From the IMG/VR virus record IMGVR_UViG_3300035670_000025: DNA of 64,000 nucleotides; one strand, given 5' to 3'. The translations under genes were made by a program, and so were the position numbers. The first letter of the stretch is position 1; each line of letters opens with the position of its first letter. Positions 28,682 to 37,958 of this stretch are shown in pieces. This stretch comes from a virus. Under the pieces are notes generated by a model. It saw only the letters and a program-made list of their open reading frames with translations, was not told the DNA's origin and did not search any database.

Positions 28682-31085
28682 CATAAACGAAGACTTAAGA
28701 AAATGGTTTAAGGAAAAATGGGTTCGTTTTGACACCAAAGGGAAGATTAAAGGTGATTGTGCCAAAGAACCAGGAGAAGGCAAACCAAAATGTTTGCCTA
28801 GGGCAGAAGCACATGCTTTAGGTGAAAAAAGAAGAGCATCAGCAGCAAGAAGAAAAAGAAGAGAAGATCCAAATGCTGAAAGAAAAGGAAAGGCAAAATT
28901 CGTGAAAACTCATAACGAAGAAGTTCTTTTGGAAAAGAATGTACCCACAAATCCTAAACTATGGGCACAAGCAAAAGCACAAGCAAAGAAAAAGTTTAAG
29001 ATATATCCTTGTGTGCCAATGGACAGTCAAGCAATTACTAGAGAAGGATTGAAATCTTTTGATGAACTTTCTATAGGAGAAGAAATACTTACATACAATA
29101 TTAATAAAGATGTGTTGGAATGGGGTCCAATAACAAATCTACATTTTTATGAAAATGCTCCTTTGAAAAAAATATATAAATCAACCGGATTTTGTATTAA
29201 AGCAACAGAAAATCATAAATGGGTTGTCAAGACCGGAACTGCTTATGATCAAGTATCTTTGGTAGAAACTAAAGATATACATAAAAGAATGAGAATTGTC
29301 ACAGGAGCAGTTTTAGAGAACGAAGAAAATAAATTTTTAGAGGAAAATTGGTCTAAAAAGGATAATTGGGTATCTAAAGTTTTATCTTGGTCTAAAGAAA
29401 CGAGAGAAGTTTTCTTGGCATCTTCTATTATATATGATGGGCATGATGTTGGGGGATCATCAAAAATCAAAGATAGACATACTTTTGGATTTACTCAAAA
29501 AAACGATGATCATTTTTGGTCTGCGTTGTTTGCTGCGTATCTTAACGGTTATCATATCAGTTTTTATGAAAAAACAGAAAGTATATCTGGAGCATCTATA
29601 ATTAGAAATAAAAAATACCATAACACACAAAACCTAATTATAGAAGATGCGGGGTCTGAAGATGTTTGGTGCCCAACAACAGAAAATCAAACTTGGGTAA
29701 TGGTACAAAATGGATTTATAACCATTACAGGAAATTCTGCCTATGCGAATGGTTGGGCAGCAAAATGGTATAAATCTAAAGGTGGTGGATGGAAATCCTT
29801 GAATGAAGATTATGAACATGAAATGGCCAGAAACGAATTGCGAACAGCAATGAGAGGCATTGAAAGACTGATGAAGCATCTTGATGGTGAGGGAGAATTA
29901 GAAGCATGGGTACAGTCTAAACTGACTAAAGCAGCAGACTATATTGATACTCTTGCTGACTATATGGATTCAAGGGACGAAACAGTTAAAGAAGCATATG
30001 AACTAATAGAAGAAGCAAAAAAGAAAATGGATAAAAAAACAATTCCACAAACAGTTCAAATGATGACACCTGGATCAAATCCTTATGCTGATGATAGCAC
30101 ATCTCCTTCTTATGTTTCTACACCAGGACAAGCAATAACAGAAGCAAGAAGATCATTAAAGGGTGAATATAAAAGATTGAGTTCTGTAAAAGGACCAAAG
30201 GCAGCACGTGAAAGAGAACTTTTAAGAACTTTAGCAGCAGCAAGAAAAAGAAAAGCATCTGAAAAAAAAGCAGAAAAACAACCAGATCCACCTATGAAAC
30301 CAAAAGAAGATACTCCAAGAGAAAGAATTGCATCTGCTTTTAATAGACCAGGATACACTTCAAAACCAGAAGAAACTAAAAAAGAAACTGGACCAACTTC
30401 TCCTTTTTGGGCATATGTAAAAGATATTAAAAAATCAGGCGAACAATACAACCCAAAAAAAGGAAAACAACTGATTAAAGCAGAATATAAAGAAGCAAAA
30501 TCAAACATTCAACCAAACGATCAATTTGGTTGGTTGAAAAGACACAGTGCCGAAGAATCATATTTAAAACAAATGCAACACCACAGAGATTTAAAAAATT
30601 CTATAGTTCACAGATTATTGAAAGGAATTGGGTTGAGAGAAGAAGGGGGAGCAGGAGATATGGGAACCACAGAACTCACTAAGAACTATATTGAACATAC
30701 TCCAGGACAATTACCAATTGATGACAAGAAAAAGAAAATTACTGATACTATCAAACAAACAATAAAAGAAGAAGTATTGTGTGAGGCAGTTCCAAGAATA
30801 GGTGCTGGACAAACTACAAGAAGAACAGTTAGATTTCAAGAAAAGAAAAGATCTGCACCTCCTGGAAGAAAAGTTACTATAAAAAGACCAACAGCAAAAC
30901 ACAATGTTGCAACACGTGGACCAGGACCAATAAGAAAACCAAGACCAGGATCAACTGTTGCTGGTGGTATTCGTAATACAGCAAAATTTGTGAAAGCAGC
31001 AACAAAGAGCAGAAGAATGTCTCAAGTATCCATGAGAAATCGTCAAAATGCAAGACGAACATTAACAATGTCAGCAAGAGGATAA
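28674..31085 (+). CDS. Multi-module putative virion protein (DUF5872-like motifs) containing an intein
   Basis: LRKWFKEKWV..KPKCLP; exteins rejoin as KFKIYP-SAYANGWAAKWYK.KGGGW. Confidence 0.65.
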   Translation: MTDINEDLRKWFKEKWVRFDTKGKIKGDCAKEPGEGKPKCLPRAEAHALGEKRRASAARRKRREDPNAERKGKAKFVKTHNEEVLLEKNVPTNPKLWAQAKAQAKKKFKIYPCVPMDSQAITREGLKSFDELSIGEEILTYNINKDVLEWGPITNLHFYENAPLKKIYKSTGFCIKATENHKWVVKTGTAYDQVSLVETKDIHKRMRIVTGAVLENEENKFLEENWSKKDNWVSKVLSWSKETREVFLASSIIYDGHDVGGSSKIKDRHTFGFTQKNDDHFWSALFAAYLNGYHISFYEKTESISGASIIRNKKYHNTQNLIIEDAGSEDVWCPTTENQTWVMVQNGFITITGNSAYANGWAAKWYKSKGGGWKSLNEDYEHEMARNELRTAMRGIERLMKHLDGEGELEAWVQSKLTKAADYIDTLADYMDSRDETVKEAYELIEEAKKKMDKKTIPQTVQMMTPGSNPYADDSTSPSYVSTPGQAITEARRSLKGEYKRLSSVKGPKAARERELLRTLAAARKRKASEKKAEKQPDPPMKPKEDTPRERIASAFNRPGYTSKPEETKKETGPTSPFWAYVKDIKKSGEQYNPKKGKQLIKAEYKEAKSNIQPNDQFGWLKRHSAEESYLKQMQHHRDLKNSIVHRLLKGIGLREEGGAGDMGTTELTKNYIEHTPGQLPIDDKKKKITDTIKQTIKEEVLCEAVPRIGAGQTTRRTVRFQEKKRSAPPGRKVTIKRPTAKHNVATRGPGPIRKPRPGSTVAGGIRNTAKFVKAATKSRRMSQVSMRNRQNARRTLTMSARG
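29010..29735 (+). mobile_element. Intein (242 aa) with degenerate LAGLIDADG-like remnant
   Basis: Cys1 CVPMDS (block A), ATENHKW (block B), DVWCPTT...ITGN/S (blocks F/G, Ser+1). Confidence 0.9.
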
Positions 31086-31086
31086 T

Positions 31087-31524
31087 ATGGAAGAATTAAT
31101 CAATAAAATGAAAGTTGTGCTTGCTTCTTCATTTGCTTTTTATCTTAAAGCACAAAATTATCATTGGAATGTTGAAGGAGTAAATTTTCCTCAATACCAC
31201 GAATTCTTTGGTAATTTGTATGAAGAAGTTCACGGTTCGATTGATGTAATTGCGGAACAAATTCGTGCATTAGATTCATATGCTCCAGGTTCATTGAAAA
31301 GATTCTCTGAATTGTCAACAATCATGGACGAAACATCAGTTCCATCTGCTGTTATCATGTGTCAAAGATTGGCAAAAGATAACGAATCTTTATTGATAGA
31401 TTTAGAACTTGCTTATACAGAAGCAGAAAGAACAAAGCAACTCGGATTAGCAAACTTTCTACAAGATAGAATAGATGCACATAAAAAACATGCTTGGATG
31501 TTAAAAGCAGTACAAAAGGGATAA
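31087..31524 (+). CDS. dps: Dps ferritin-like protein
   Basis: HWNVEG..F...HEFF..LY..D.IAEQIR, H.KHAWML. Confidence 0.93.
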   Translation: MEELINKMKVVLASSFAFYLKAQNYHWNVEGVNFPQYHEFFGNLYEEVHGSIDVIAEQIRALDSYAPGSLKRFSELSTIMDETSVPSAVIMCQRLAKDNESLLIDLELAYTEAERTKQLGLANFLQDRIDAHKKHAWMLKAVQKG

Positions 31525-31525
31525 A

Positions 31526-32335
31526 ATGTCAAAGTATCGTTCATTAGAAAACACAATTCGTTTTGGTTCTATTAATGAGTTATCATCAACTCATGATCCA
31601 AGACACGGCAAAAAAGAAAAAGATATGAACGATCAAGTATATGCTGGTTCATATAGAAGTCAACATTTTGAAGTATCACCAGATGCACAAAGAATATATT
31701 CAGATATATCAAAAGACATTTCAGGAGATAAAGTAGAACGTTCTGTAAAAACACAGGATGAACTATTTGGTATAATGAAAAAAGTAATTGCTTCTGGTTA
31801 TTCAACAAAACAAGATATTGATACAGCAGAACAATTAGCAAATAAAATTTTTGATGTGACTGGAAGATTTGAAGTAAAAATTGACCATTCACACGTGGAT
31901 AAGATTGTCAATGAAATAAAATCTAAATATAAAGATATGCCACAAGTTGTAGATTCTATTACTCCAGAAGAATTAAGAAAAAGATTTTTGAATCCTGAAA
32001 AAGAATATATTACACAAGAACCAAATTCTGATTCTGATATGGATAATAAGAAGAAATTTCATATAACCAGAGCAAAAGCAGTTGCTAAGAAAAGATATTT
32101 AAATTTAGGAGTAGACGAACAGATGTCAATCAAAGATCTTCCTTCAGGATTAGTTGAAAGTGTTAAAAGTTTTCTTGAAGAAAAAAAACATGAAAGAGAA
32201 AAAGAAACAACCATTAAAATAGGTAAAACTGAGTTTAAAGTTGAAGTGGAAGAACCAGAAAGTCACAAGAAGAAATCAAAAGAAAAACACCCTCACATTG
32301 AGACAAGTAAGAAAAAAAAACAAGAAAAAGAATAA
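31526..32335 (+). CDS. Hypothetical (putative head) protein
   Basis: Long ORF in late cluster. Confidence 0.6.
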   Translation: MSKYRSLENTIRFGSINELSSTHDPRHGKKEKDMNDQVYAGSYRSQHFEVSPDAQRIYSDISKDISGDKVERSVKTQDELFGIMKKVIASGYSTKQDIDTAEQLANKIFDVTGRFEVKIDHSHVDKIVNEIKSKYKDMPQVVDSITPEELRKRFLNPEKEYITQEPNSDSDMDNKKKFHITRAKAVAKKRYLNLGVDEQMSIKDLPSGLVESVKSFLEEKKHEREKETTIKIGKTEFKVEVEEPESHKKKSKEKHPHIETSKKKKQEKE

Positions 32336-32553
32336 TGCCAATAATTTTGAAAAACAAAAATGAGTCTACTATAAATATACAAGATAACAAAGTAGATATA
32401 ATTGATGATAGAAACAAATCATCAGTAACTGCTATTTCAAAAAATGGAGATAGAGTAACTGACGATAAATTAAAGTTGTTTATTAATGGTGAAAGAGTAG
32501 TTCTTAATGATATATTAAGAAAAAAATTAATAGAACTTTTAATGGAAGTATAA
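32335..32553 (+). CDS. Hypothetical protein
   Basis: Coupled ORF. Confidence 0.5.
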   Translation: MPIILKNKNESTINIQDNKVDIIDDRNKSSVTAISKNGDRVTDDKLKLFINGERVVLNDILRKKLIELLMEV

Positions 32554-32783
32554 TGGAAAACTTAGAAGAAATTTCAAATTTAGATAAAAACAAACTTGCT
32601 TCTTTTCTTGGAATGCTTGCAACTCTGCAATCAGGAGACATTTCTTCTAAATTACATAAAATGGCAAAAGAGTCAAAATATCAATCAATAATATCAAATA
32701 AATCTAGTGGAAAATATGGCAAAGTGCCAGATAAATGGGGTACTCTTTTTAAGACAGCAATTAAAAATAAAAAAGGGAAGTAA
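32553..32783 (+). CDS. Hypothetical protein
   Basis: Coupled ORF. Confidence 0.5.
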   Translation: MENLEEISNLDKNKLASFLGMLATLQSGDISSKLHKMAKESKYQSIISNKSSGKYGKVPDKWGTLFKTAIKNKKGK

Positions 32784-32789
32784 AGAACA

Positions 32790-33650
32790 ATGTCTCAATG
32801 GAAAAACGACGATTCGGCAGCAAACTCTGTTCTATGGGGCGTTGCTCAATATAACAAGACTGCCAATACTACAAATCAAACAAACTTTTATAACAATACA
32901 ACATCAGGAGCATTTGTCTCTGGTGTTAGTGTAGGACAATTTGGTGTTGATACAGCAGAAATGGCAATTTCTGCTGGCAATCTAGCATTTGCATATGTCA
33001 CATCAGGTGGTTCTGGTTATTCAGCAAATGCTGTTGTTACTTTAACATTTGCCAACGGTTCAACAAATGCTACAGCAGTAAATGCTTTTGCTAATGTCAG
33101 TGCTGGTGTAGGTGGTTCTATCACATCACTATTAATTGAAGAAGCGGGTAACAATTATACAGTTGCTCCAGCAGTATCTATTGCTGCACCATCTGCAATC
33201 AATATCACTGCAAATACCACTGGATTTTCAAATACAGACAATGTAATTTTAGTTTCTACTGCCAATTCATTATTCCAGGCAGGAGATAGACTATTCTATA
33301 CTGTACCCACTGGAAACACTCCTATTGCCCCTCTAACAGGTAATGCATTTTACTATGTATCATTTGCTAATACTACTGCACTTGCTTTATCAGCAACATC
33401 AGGCGGAGCAAACATTGATATTACAGATGATAGAACAGACGATCCAGGAGAAACACACACATTTACTGGTGATACTGCTACAGGATATGTTGTTGTAGGT
33501 GGTGCAAAGAATACGGGTGTTACTCATGCTGGATGGGTTGTAAGAACAGAAGGAACTGGTGGCAGAGCAGGAAGAGTTTCTTATGAAACACTTGTTGCTA
33601 TGGGTTCAATGACATCTGATGCTTCAGATGATACTGTTCTTCCTGAATAA
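32790..33650 (+). CDS. Virion structural/decoration protein
   Basis: A/N/T/G-rich; C-term HAGWVVRTEGTGGRAGRV.YETLVAM. Confidence 0.7.
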   Translation: MSQWKNDDSAANSVLWGVAQYNKTANTTNQTNFYNNTTSGAFVSGVSVGQFGVDTAEMAISAGNLAFAYVTSGGSGYSANAVVTLTFANGSTNATAVNAFANVSAGVGGSITSLLIEEAGNNYTVAPAVSIAAPSAINITANTTGFSNTDNVILVSTANSLFQAGDRLFYTVPTGNTPIAPLTGNAFYYVSFANTTALALSATSGGANIDITDDRTDDPGETHTFTGDTATGYVVVGGAKNTGVTHAGWVVRTEGTGGRAGRVSYETLVAMGSMTSDASDDTVLPE

Positions 33651-33669
33651 TTAAAGGTTATAATATAAC

Positions 33670-33996
33670 ATGGCAGATAATGCAGTAACAATATCAGATT
33701 TACCAACACTTGCAGCACCTAATGCAAACACAGTGTTGGTAGTCAATCATACAGTTGGTAGTGTAGTTAATACCTACCAACTTTCTACAAATAATTTGTA
33801 TAGCAATGTTGCTGCTAATGTTACTTTAGTAAACACTGCCGTACTATCAGCAAATACTATTATTGTGAGAAATAAACAAACTCCAGCAAACTCAACCATT
33901 ACAGTTACTAGAGGCACAATTTTATTTGATGATAATTTCATCTATATTGCAATTGCAAACAATAGTTTGAAGAGAGTTGCTTTAAGTAGTTTCTAA
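33670..33996 (+). CDS. Small virion structural protein
   Basis: ISDLP N-term; G...DDNFIYIA...KRVALSSF C-term. Confidence 0.6.
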   Translation: MADNAVTISDLPTLAAPNANTVLVVNHTVGSVVNTYQLSTNNLYSNVAANVTLVNTAVLSANTIIVRNKQTPANSTITVTRGTILFDDNFIYIAIANNSLKRVALSSF

Positions 33997-34386
33997 ATGG
34001 ATGAAATACTTACTGAAAATAATTTCATTTTATATTGTGCGAAACATTATGATGGCAGACATTGTTCTTCTACAGAAGATTTTTATGAAGATTTGAAAAG
34101 AATTGCATATATTAAAAAATTAATAACCCGATATACAATATCTGGAGATTTGAAAGAAAGATTGATATTAAATCACATTATTACATTAAACAATGTTTTT
34201 GGTCCTACAGTAACATGTAGGATTTTGTATTTTAAGTTAAAAGATTATATGAAATACATCAAACCTTTCTTGATTTTGTTGAACATATTGCCAGAAAAAA
34301 TTTACAACATTGAAAAAATTAATAGCATAAATACCGATTGTATAGATATGGACCAAAATATAATAGAGGCACTACGAAGAATATGA
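33997..34386 (+). CDS. Conserved T4-like hypothetical protein
   Basis: NF..Y..KHY..EDF.EDLKR..YIKKL..ERLILNH..NVFG. Confidence 0.75.
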   Translation: MDEILTENNFILYCAKHYDGRHCSSTEDFYEDLKRIAYIKKLITRYTISGDLKERLILNHIITLNNVFGPTVTCRILYFKLKDYMKYIKPFLILLNILPEKIYNIEKINSINTDCIDMDQNIIEALRRI

Positions 34387-34547
34387 AGAAAGTAAATGAA
34401 GATCAAGTTCCTGTCAATGCTACAGGAAGTGGTGTTTCTGGTACAGACGGAGATAATTCTTTTTCTCCAAGATTGTTAGGTGTATTGAAGCGGGTATTGG
34501 AGAGAGCAATTCCGGAGAAGAAGAAAAAGAAAAATGGCAGAAAATAA
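34383..34547 (+). CDS. Small hypothetical protein
   Basis: VNEDQVPVNATG; coupled at both ends. Confidence 0.55.
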   Translation: MKKVNEDQVPVNATGSGVSGTDGDNSFSPRLLGVLKRVLERAIPEKKKKKNGRK

Positions 34548-34986
34548 TATAAACGAACTATACAAAGATGTGTATCAATTAAAAGCAGATATGCAACATG
34601 TCAATTCATTAATTGACAGATTAGATATCGCAATAAGTCAATTATCTAATGTTTCAAAAAATATTTCTGAATTATTGGCAGTTCAAGGAACTCGTCTACA
34701 ATATCAAGAAAAAATGTCTGAACAGTTATCACAACTTATTCAAAATACAGACAAAGAATCTGAAAAAAGCAATAATGAAATTGAAAGAAATTTCAATCGT
34801 AAAATTGATGACCTAGAATCTGAATTGCTTTCAGAAATCAAATCTTTAAAAGAAGAAAATAAAAAACAGCACGAAGAAATGAAAACCAAATTAGCACTTG
34901 TTGAAAAATGGATATGGGTTGTTACAGGTGGTGCTGCTGTTATTGGATTTCTTATCTCAAAAGCATCTTCATACATAAAATTCTAA
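34534..34986 (+). CDS. Coiled-coil protein with C-terminal TM helix
   Basis: Heptads then EKWIWVVTGGAAVIGFLI. Confidence 0.65.
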   Translation: MAENNINELYKDVYQLKADMQHVNSLIDRLDIAISQLSNVSKNISELLAVQGTRLQYQEKMSEQLSQLIQNTDKESEKSNNEIERNFNRKIDDLESELLSEIKSLKEENKKQHEEMKTKLALVEKWIWVVTGGAAVIGFLISKASSYIKF

Positions 34987-35067
34987 AATCTTACATTTTT
35001 CACTTGACAAGGTTTTTTTTGCCTGTATAATGACTATGTCAATGAAATGTAATGTAGGATTTATATT

Positions 35068-36111
35068 ATGATGTGGTTAGATAAAAAGTATATTCTATTA
35101 CTATCAAGTCAATTACCTCACTTTAAACAAAAATCAGAAAACTTGTTTAACTTTCGTTGTATCTTATGTGGTGATTCAAAAACCAATAAGAACAAAACAA
35201 GAGGTTATATCTATTTCAAATCTGGTAAATATGTTTACCATTGTCATAATTGCAATGCTTCACATCATTTTGTGACAATACTAAAGAAAATTAATTCAAC
35301 CCTGTATGATCAATATCTACAAGAAAAACTATCAAGTTCTAATGAACAACCAACGGTTGAACAAAAGAAAACTGTAGTAAAAAATTCTAATTCATACTTA
35401 TCACAACTTAAAAAAGTATCTCAATTAAATGCAGATCACCTATGCAAAAAGTATGTAGTATCTAGGCAAATTCCCACTACAATCCATTATAAATTATACT
35501 ACTGTTCCAAGTTCAAGGAATGGACAAATAATATACTCCCAGGAAAATTTAATGATCTGAAGATAGATTATCCAAGACTTATTATTCCAATGTTTTGGAC
35601 TGATGGATCTTTGATAGGATATCAAGGTAGAGCATTACATCCTAATGATTCTATCAGATATATTACTATTATGCTTGATGAAACGAAACCTAGAGTATAT
35701 GGCATAGATACAACCGATTTTAACTATAAGTATTACATATTTGAAGGACCAATAGATTCAATGTTTATTTCTAATTCTATTGCTACTTGTGGTGGTCAAC
35801 TTACACGAGAGATGGATTTGTTGAATAAAAATGTCTCAAATGCTGTTGTGGTTTATGATAATGAACCAAGAAATAAAGACATTGTGAAGAACATATTGAC
35901 TGCAATTCAAAAGGGATATAAGGTTTGCCTGTGGCCACCATCTATGGAGCAGAAAGATATAAATGATATGATATTGAAGAAAGTCTCTGGTACTTATTGT
36001 AAGACTGAAGTTATACAAAGAGCAGCAGAAAAAATCAAATCAATCATTGATGATAATACATATCAAGGATTGGAAGCAGAACTTAAATTTTCGTCATGGA
36101 GAAAAGTATGA
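35068..36111 (+). CDS. gp61: DNA primase gp61
   Basis: RCILCGDS..CHNC, GYQGRAL, EGPIDSMF, DNEPRN, KDINDM. Confidence 0.95.
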   Translation: MMWLDKKYILLLSSQLPHFKQKSENLFNFRCILCGDSKTNKNKTRGYIYFKSGKYVYHCHNCNASHHFVTILKKINSTLYDQYLQEKLSSSNEQPTVEQKKTVVKNSNSYLSQLKKVSQLNADHLCKKYVVSRQIPTTIHYKLYYCSKFKEWTNNILPGKFNDLKIDYPRLIIPMFWTDGSLIGYQGRALHPNDSIRYITIMLDETKPRVYGIDTTDFNYKYYIFEGPIDSMFISNSIATCGGQLTREMDLLNKNVSNAVVVYDNEPRNKDIVKNILTAIQKGYKVCLWPPSMEQKDINDMILKKVSGTYCKTEVIQRAAEKIKSIIDDNTYQGLEAELKFSSWRKV

Positions 36112-36166
36112 CATATAAAGTTTAATTTTAATTGGTCTTTAAAATATTCAAATGGAGACTAATGTT

Positions 36167-36721
36167 ATGCATTACAGGAAAATATGGGAATCATATCACA
36201 ACGAATCTATACCAGAAAAATATGAAATACATCATGTTGATGGTAATAGAAATAACAACCACCCAGATAATCTTTTATGTGTTTCTATCGAAGAACATTT
36301 AAAAATACATAAAACACAAGAAGATTGGGGGGCAGTACAAGCAATTCTTGCTAGAATGGAAAATAGAGATGGTATAATTGAAGCAGCAAGAAATTTTCAA
36401 TTGCAAAAATTGCAAGAAAATACTCACAATTTTCAACGCATGAGTAAAAAGAGACGAACTGAAATAAGTAAAAAAACTATGAAAAAAAGATTGAAAATAG
36501 AAGGGGTTGCTTTTTTAGGTATAGATGATGTTAAATTGAATAGTAAAAAAGCAGGGTTGGTTGCAGCACAAAAAAAATCAGGATTTTTAAACCCTGATAC
36601 TGATAAACACGGAAGCAATTATGTTAAAGATACTTTTTGGTGGACGAATGTTGAAACCGGAGTAAGAATTAGAAGTAAATTTGCTCCAAATGAAAAATGG
36701 AAAAAAGGAATGAAGTTATGA
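36167..36721 (+). mobile_element. Free-standing HNH homing endonuclease
   Basis: YEIHHVDGNRNNN.PDNL...EEH..IH. Confidence 0.85.
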
Positions 36722-37404
36722 CATATGATTGGCAAAAAGTAAAACTCGTAGCAATAACTCAACCAGATATTGATAATGAACAAGGAATAAAAATTAATGC
36801 AGAAGAATTTATTGCATATTGCGCCAGAGTTTCAAATAAATCAAATCAGATGAATGTTCAAACAGCAAACAAATTGTTGAAATATTGCATAACAAATAAT
36901 CATTGGAGCATTTTTGAAATGGTATCTTTAACCATGGAAATTGAGACTACCCGAGATATTGGTAGACAGATTCTACGACATCGTTCATTTAGTTTTCAGG
37001 AGTTTAGTCAACGATATGCAGAATCTGGTGAAGAATTTCCTGATAAGGATATGAGAGAATGCAGACTACAAGATATGAAGAATCGTCAGAATTCTCTTGA
37101 AACTGATAATGATATGCTGCGGATGAATTGGTTGCTTGCACAAACGAGAGTGCAAGAAATTGCATTGCGTGAATATAATTGGGCAATTAAAGCAGGTATT
37201 GCTAAAGAGGTAGCAAGATCAATTCTTGCAGAAGGTCTTACTATGTCCAGAATCTATATGAGTGGGACACTTAGGTCTTGGATTCATTATTGCCAATTGA
37301 GAATGGAAAATGGAACACAAAAAGAACATCAGGATATTGCTGACAAGTGTTGGAATATTCTGCTTGAAAAGTTTAAGTTTCTGAAGGATTTGAAAAATGA
37401 ATAG
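36718..37404 (+). CDS. thyX: Flavin-dependent thymidylate synthase
   Basis: HWSIFE, RQILRHRSFSFQEFSQRY, AKEVAR, TQKEH. Confidence 0.95.
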   Translation: MTYDWQKVKLVAITQPDIDNEQGIKINAEEFIAYCARVSNKSNQMNVQTANKLLKYCITNNHWSIFEMVSLTMEIETTRDIGRQILRHRSFSFQEFSQRYAESGEEFPDKDMRECRLQDMKNRQNSLETDNDMLRMNWLLAQTRVQEIALREYNWAIKAGIAKEVARSILAEGLTMSRIYMSGTLRSWIHYCQLRMENGTQKEHQDIADKCWNILLEKFKFLKDLKNE

Positions 37405-37915
37405 TATAGAAAGAATGAGAGAAAAAGAAAAACTTCTCACATATGAAGAAGTAAAAGAAATGTTTGATTACGATTCAGAGAAAGGAATATTGATTTGGAA
37501 AACACGCCCGATTAACTCAAAATATCTCATTGGAACTGTTGCTGGTAGTTTACACTCAACAGGATATGTAACTATAAGAATAAAAAAAATAGAATATAAA
37601 TCTCATAGAATTATATGGTTGTTGATGACGGGTAAATGGCCAGAAAACCAAATAGATCACATAAACGGCATTAGAAATGATAATCGTTTTTGTAATTTGA
37701 GAGAAGCAACCGGTTCTCAGAATAATGCCAACACTCCGAGAAGAATCAACGTTTCTGGATATAAAGGAGTTTCTAAAGAGCGCAAAAAATGGAGAGCAAG
37801 AATAAGTTTAAATAATAAACCGATGTCTATAGGATATTATGATACTCCAGAAGAAGCACATGCGGCATATGTTGCCAAAGCAAAAGAACTATTTGGAGAC
37901 TACGCAAAAGTTTGA
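37397..37915 (+). mobile_element. HNH endonuclease with C-terminal AP2 domain
   Basis: HRIIW, IDHINGIRNDNR..NLR, SGYKGV..KWRARI..GYY.TPEEAH.AY. Confidence 0.9.
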
Positions 37916-37958
37916 TATTATGAAGGTTTGAACTAACAATAAAACAAAGAGGTAAAAA

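Noticed and set aside
37397-37958. Start duplication around the HNH-AP2 gene (and around the HNH at 57773)
   Set aside because: Only short A-rich matches; not distinguishable from chance.
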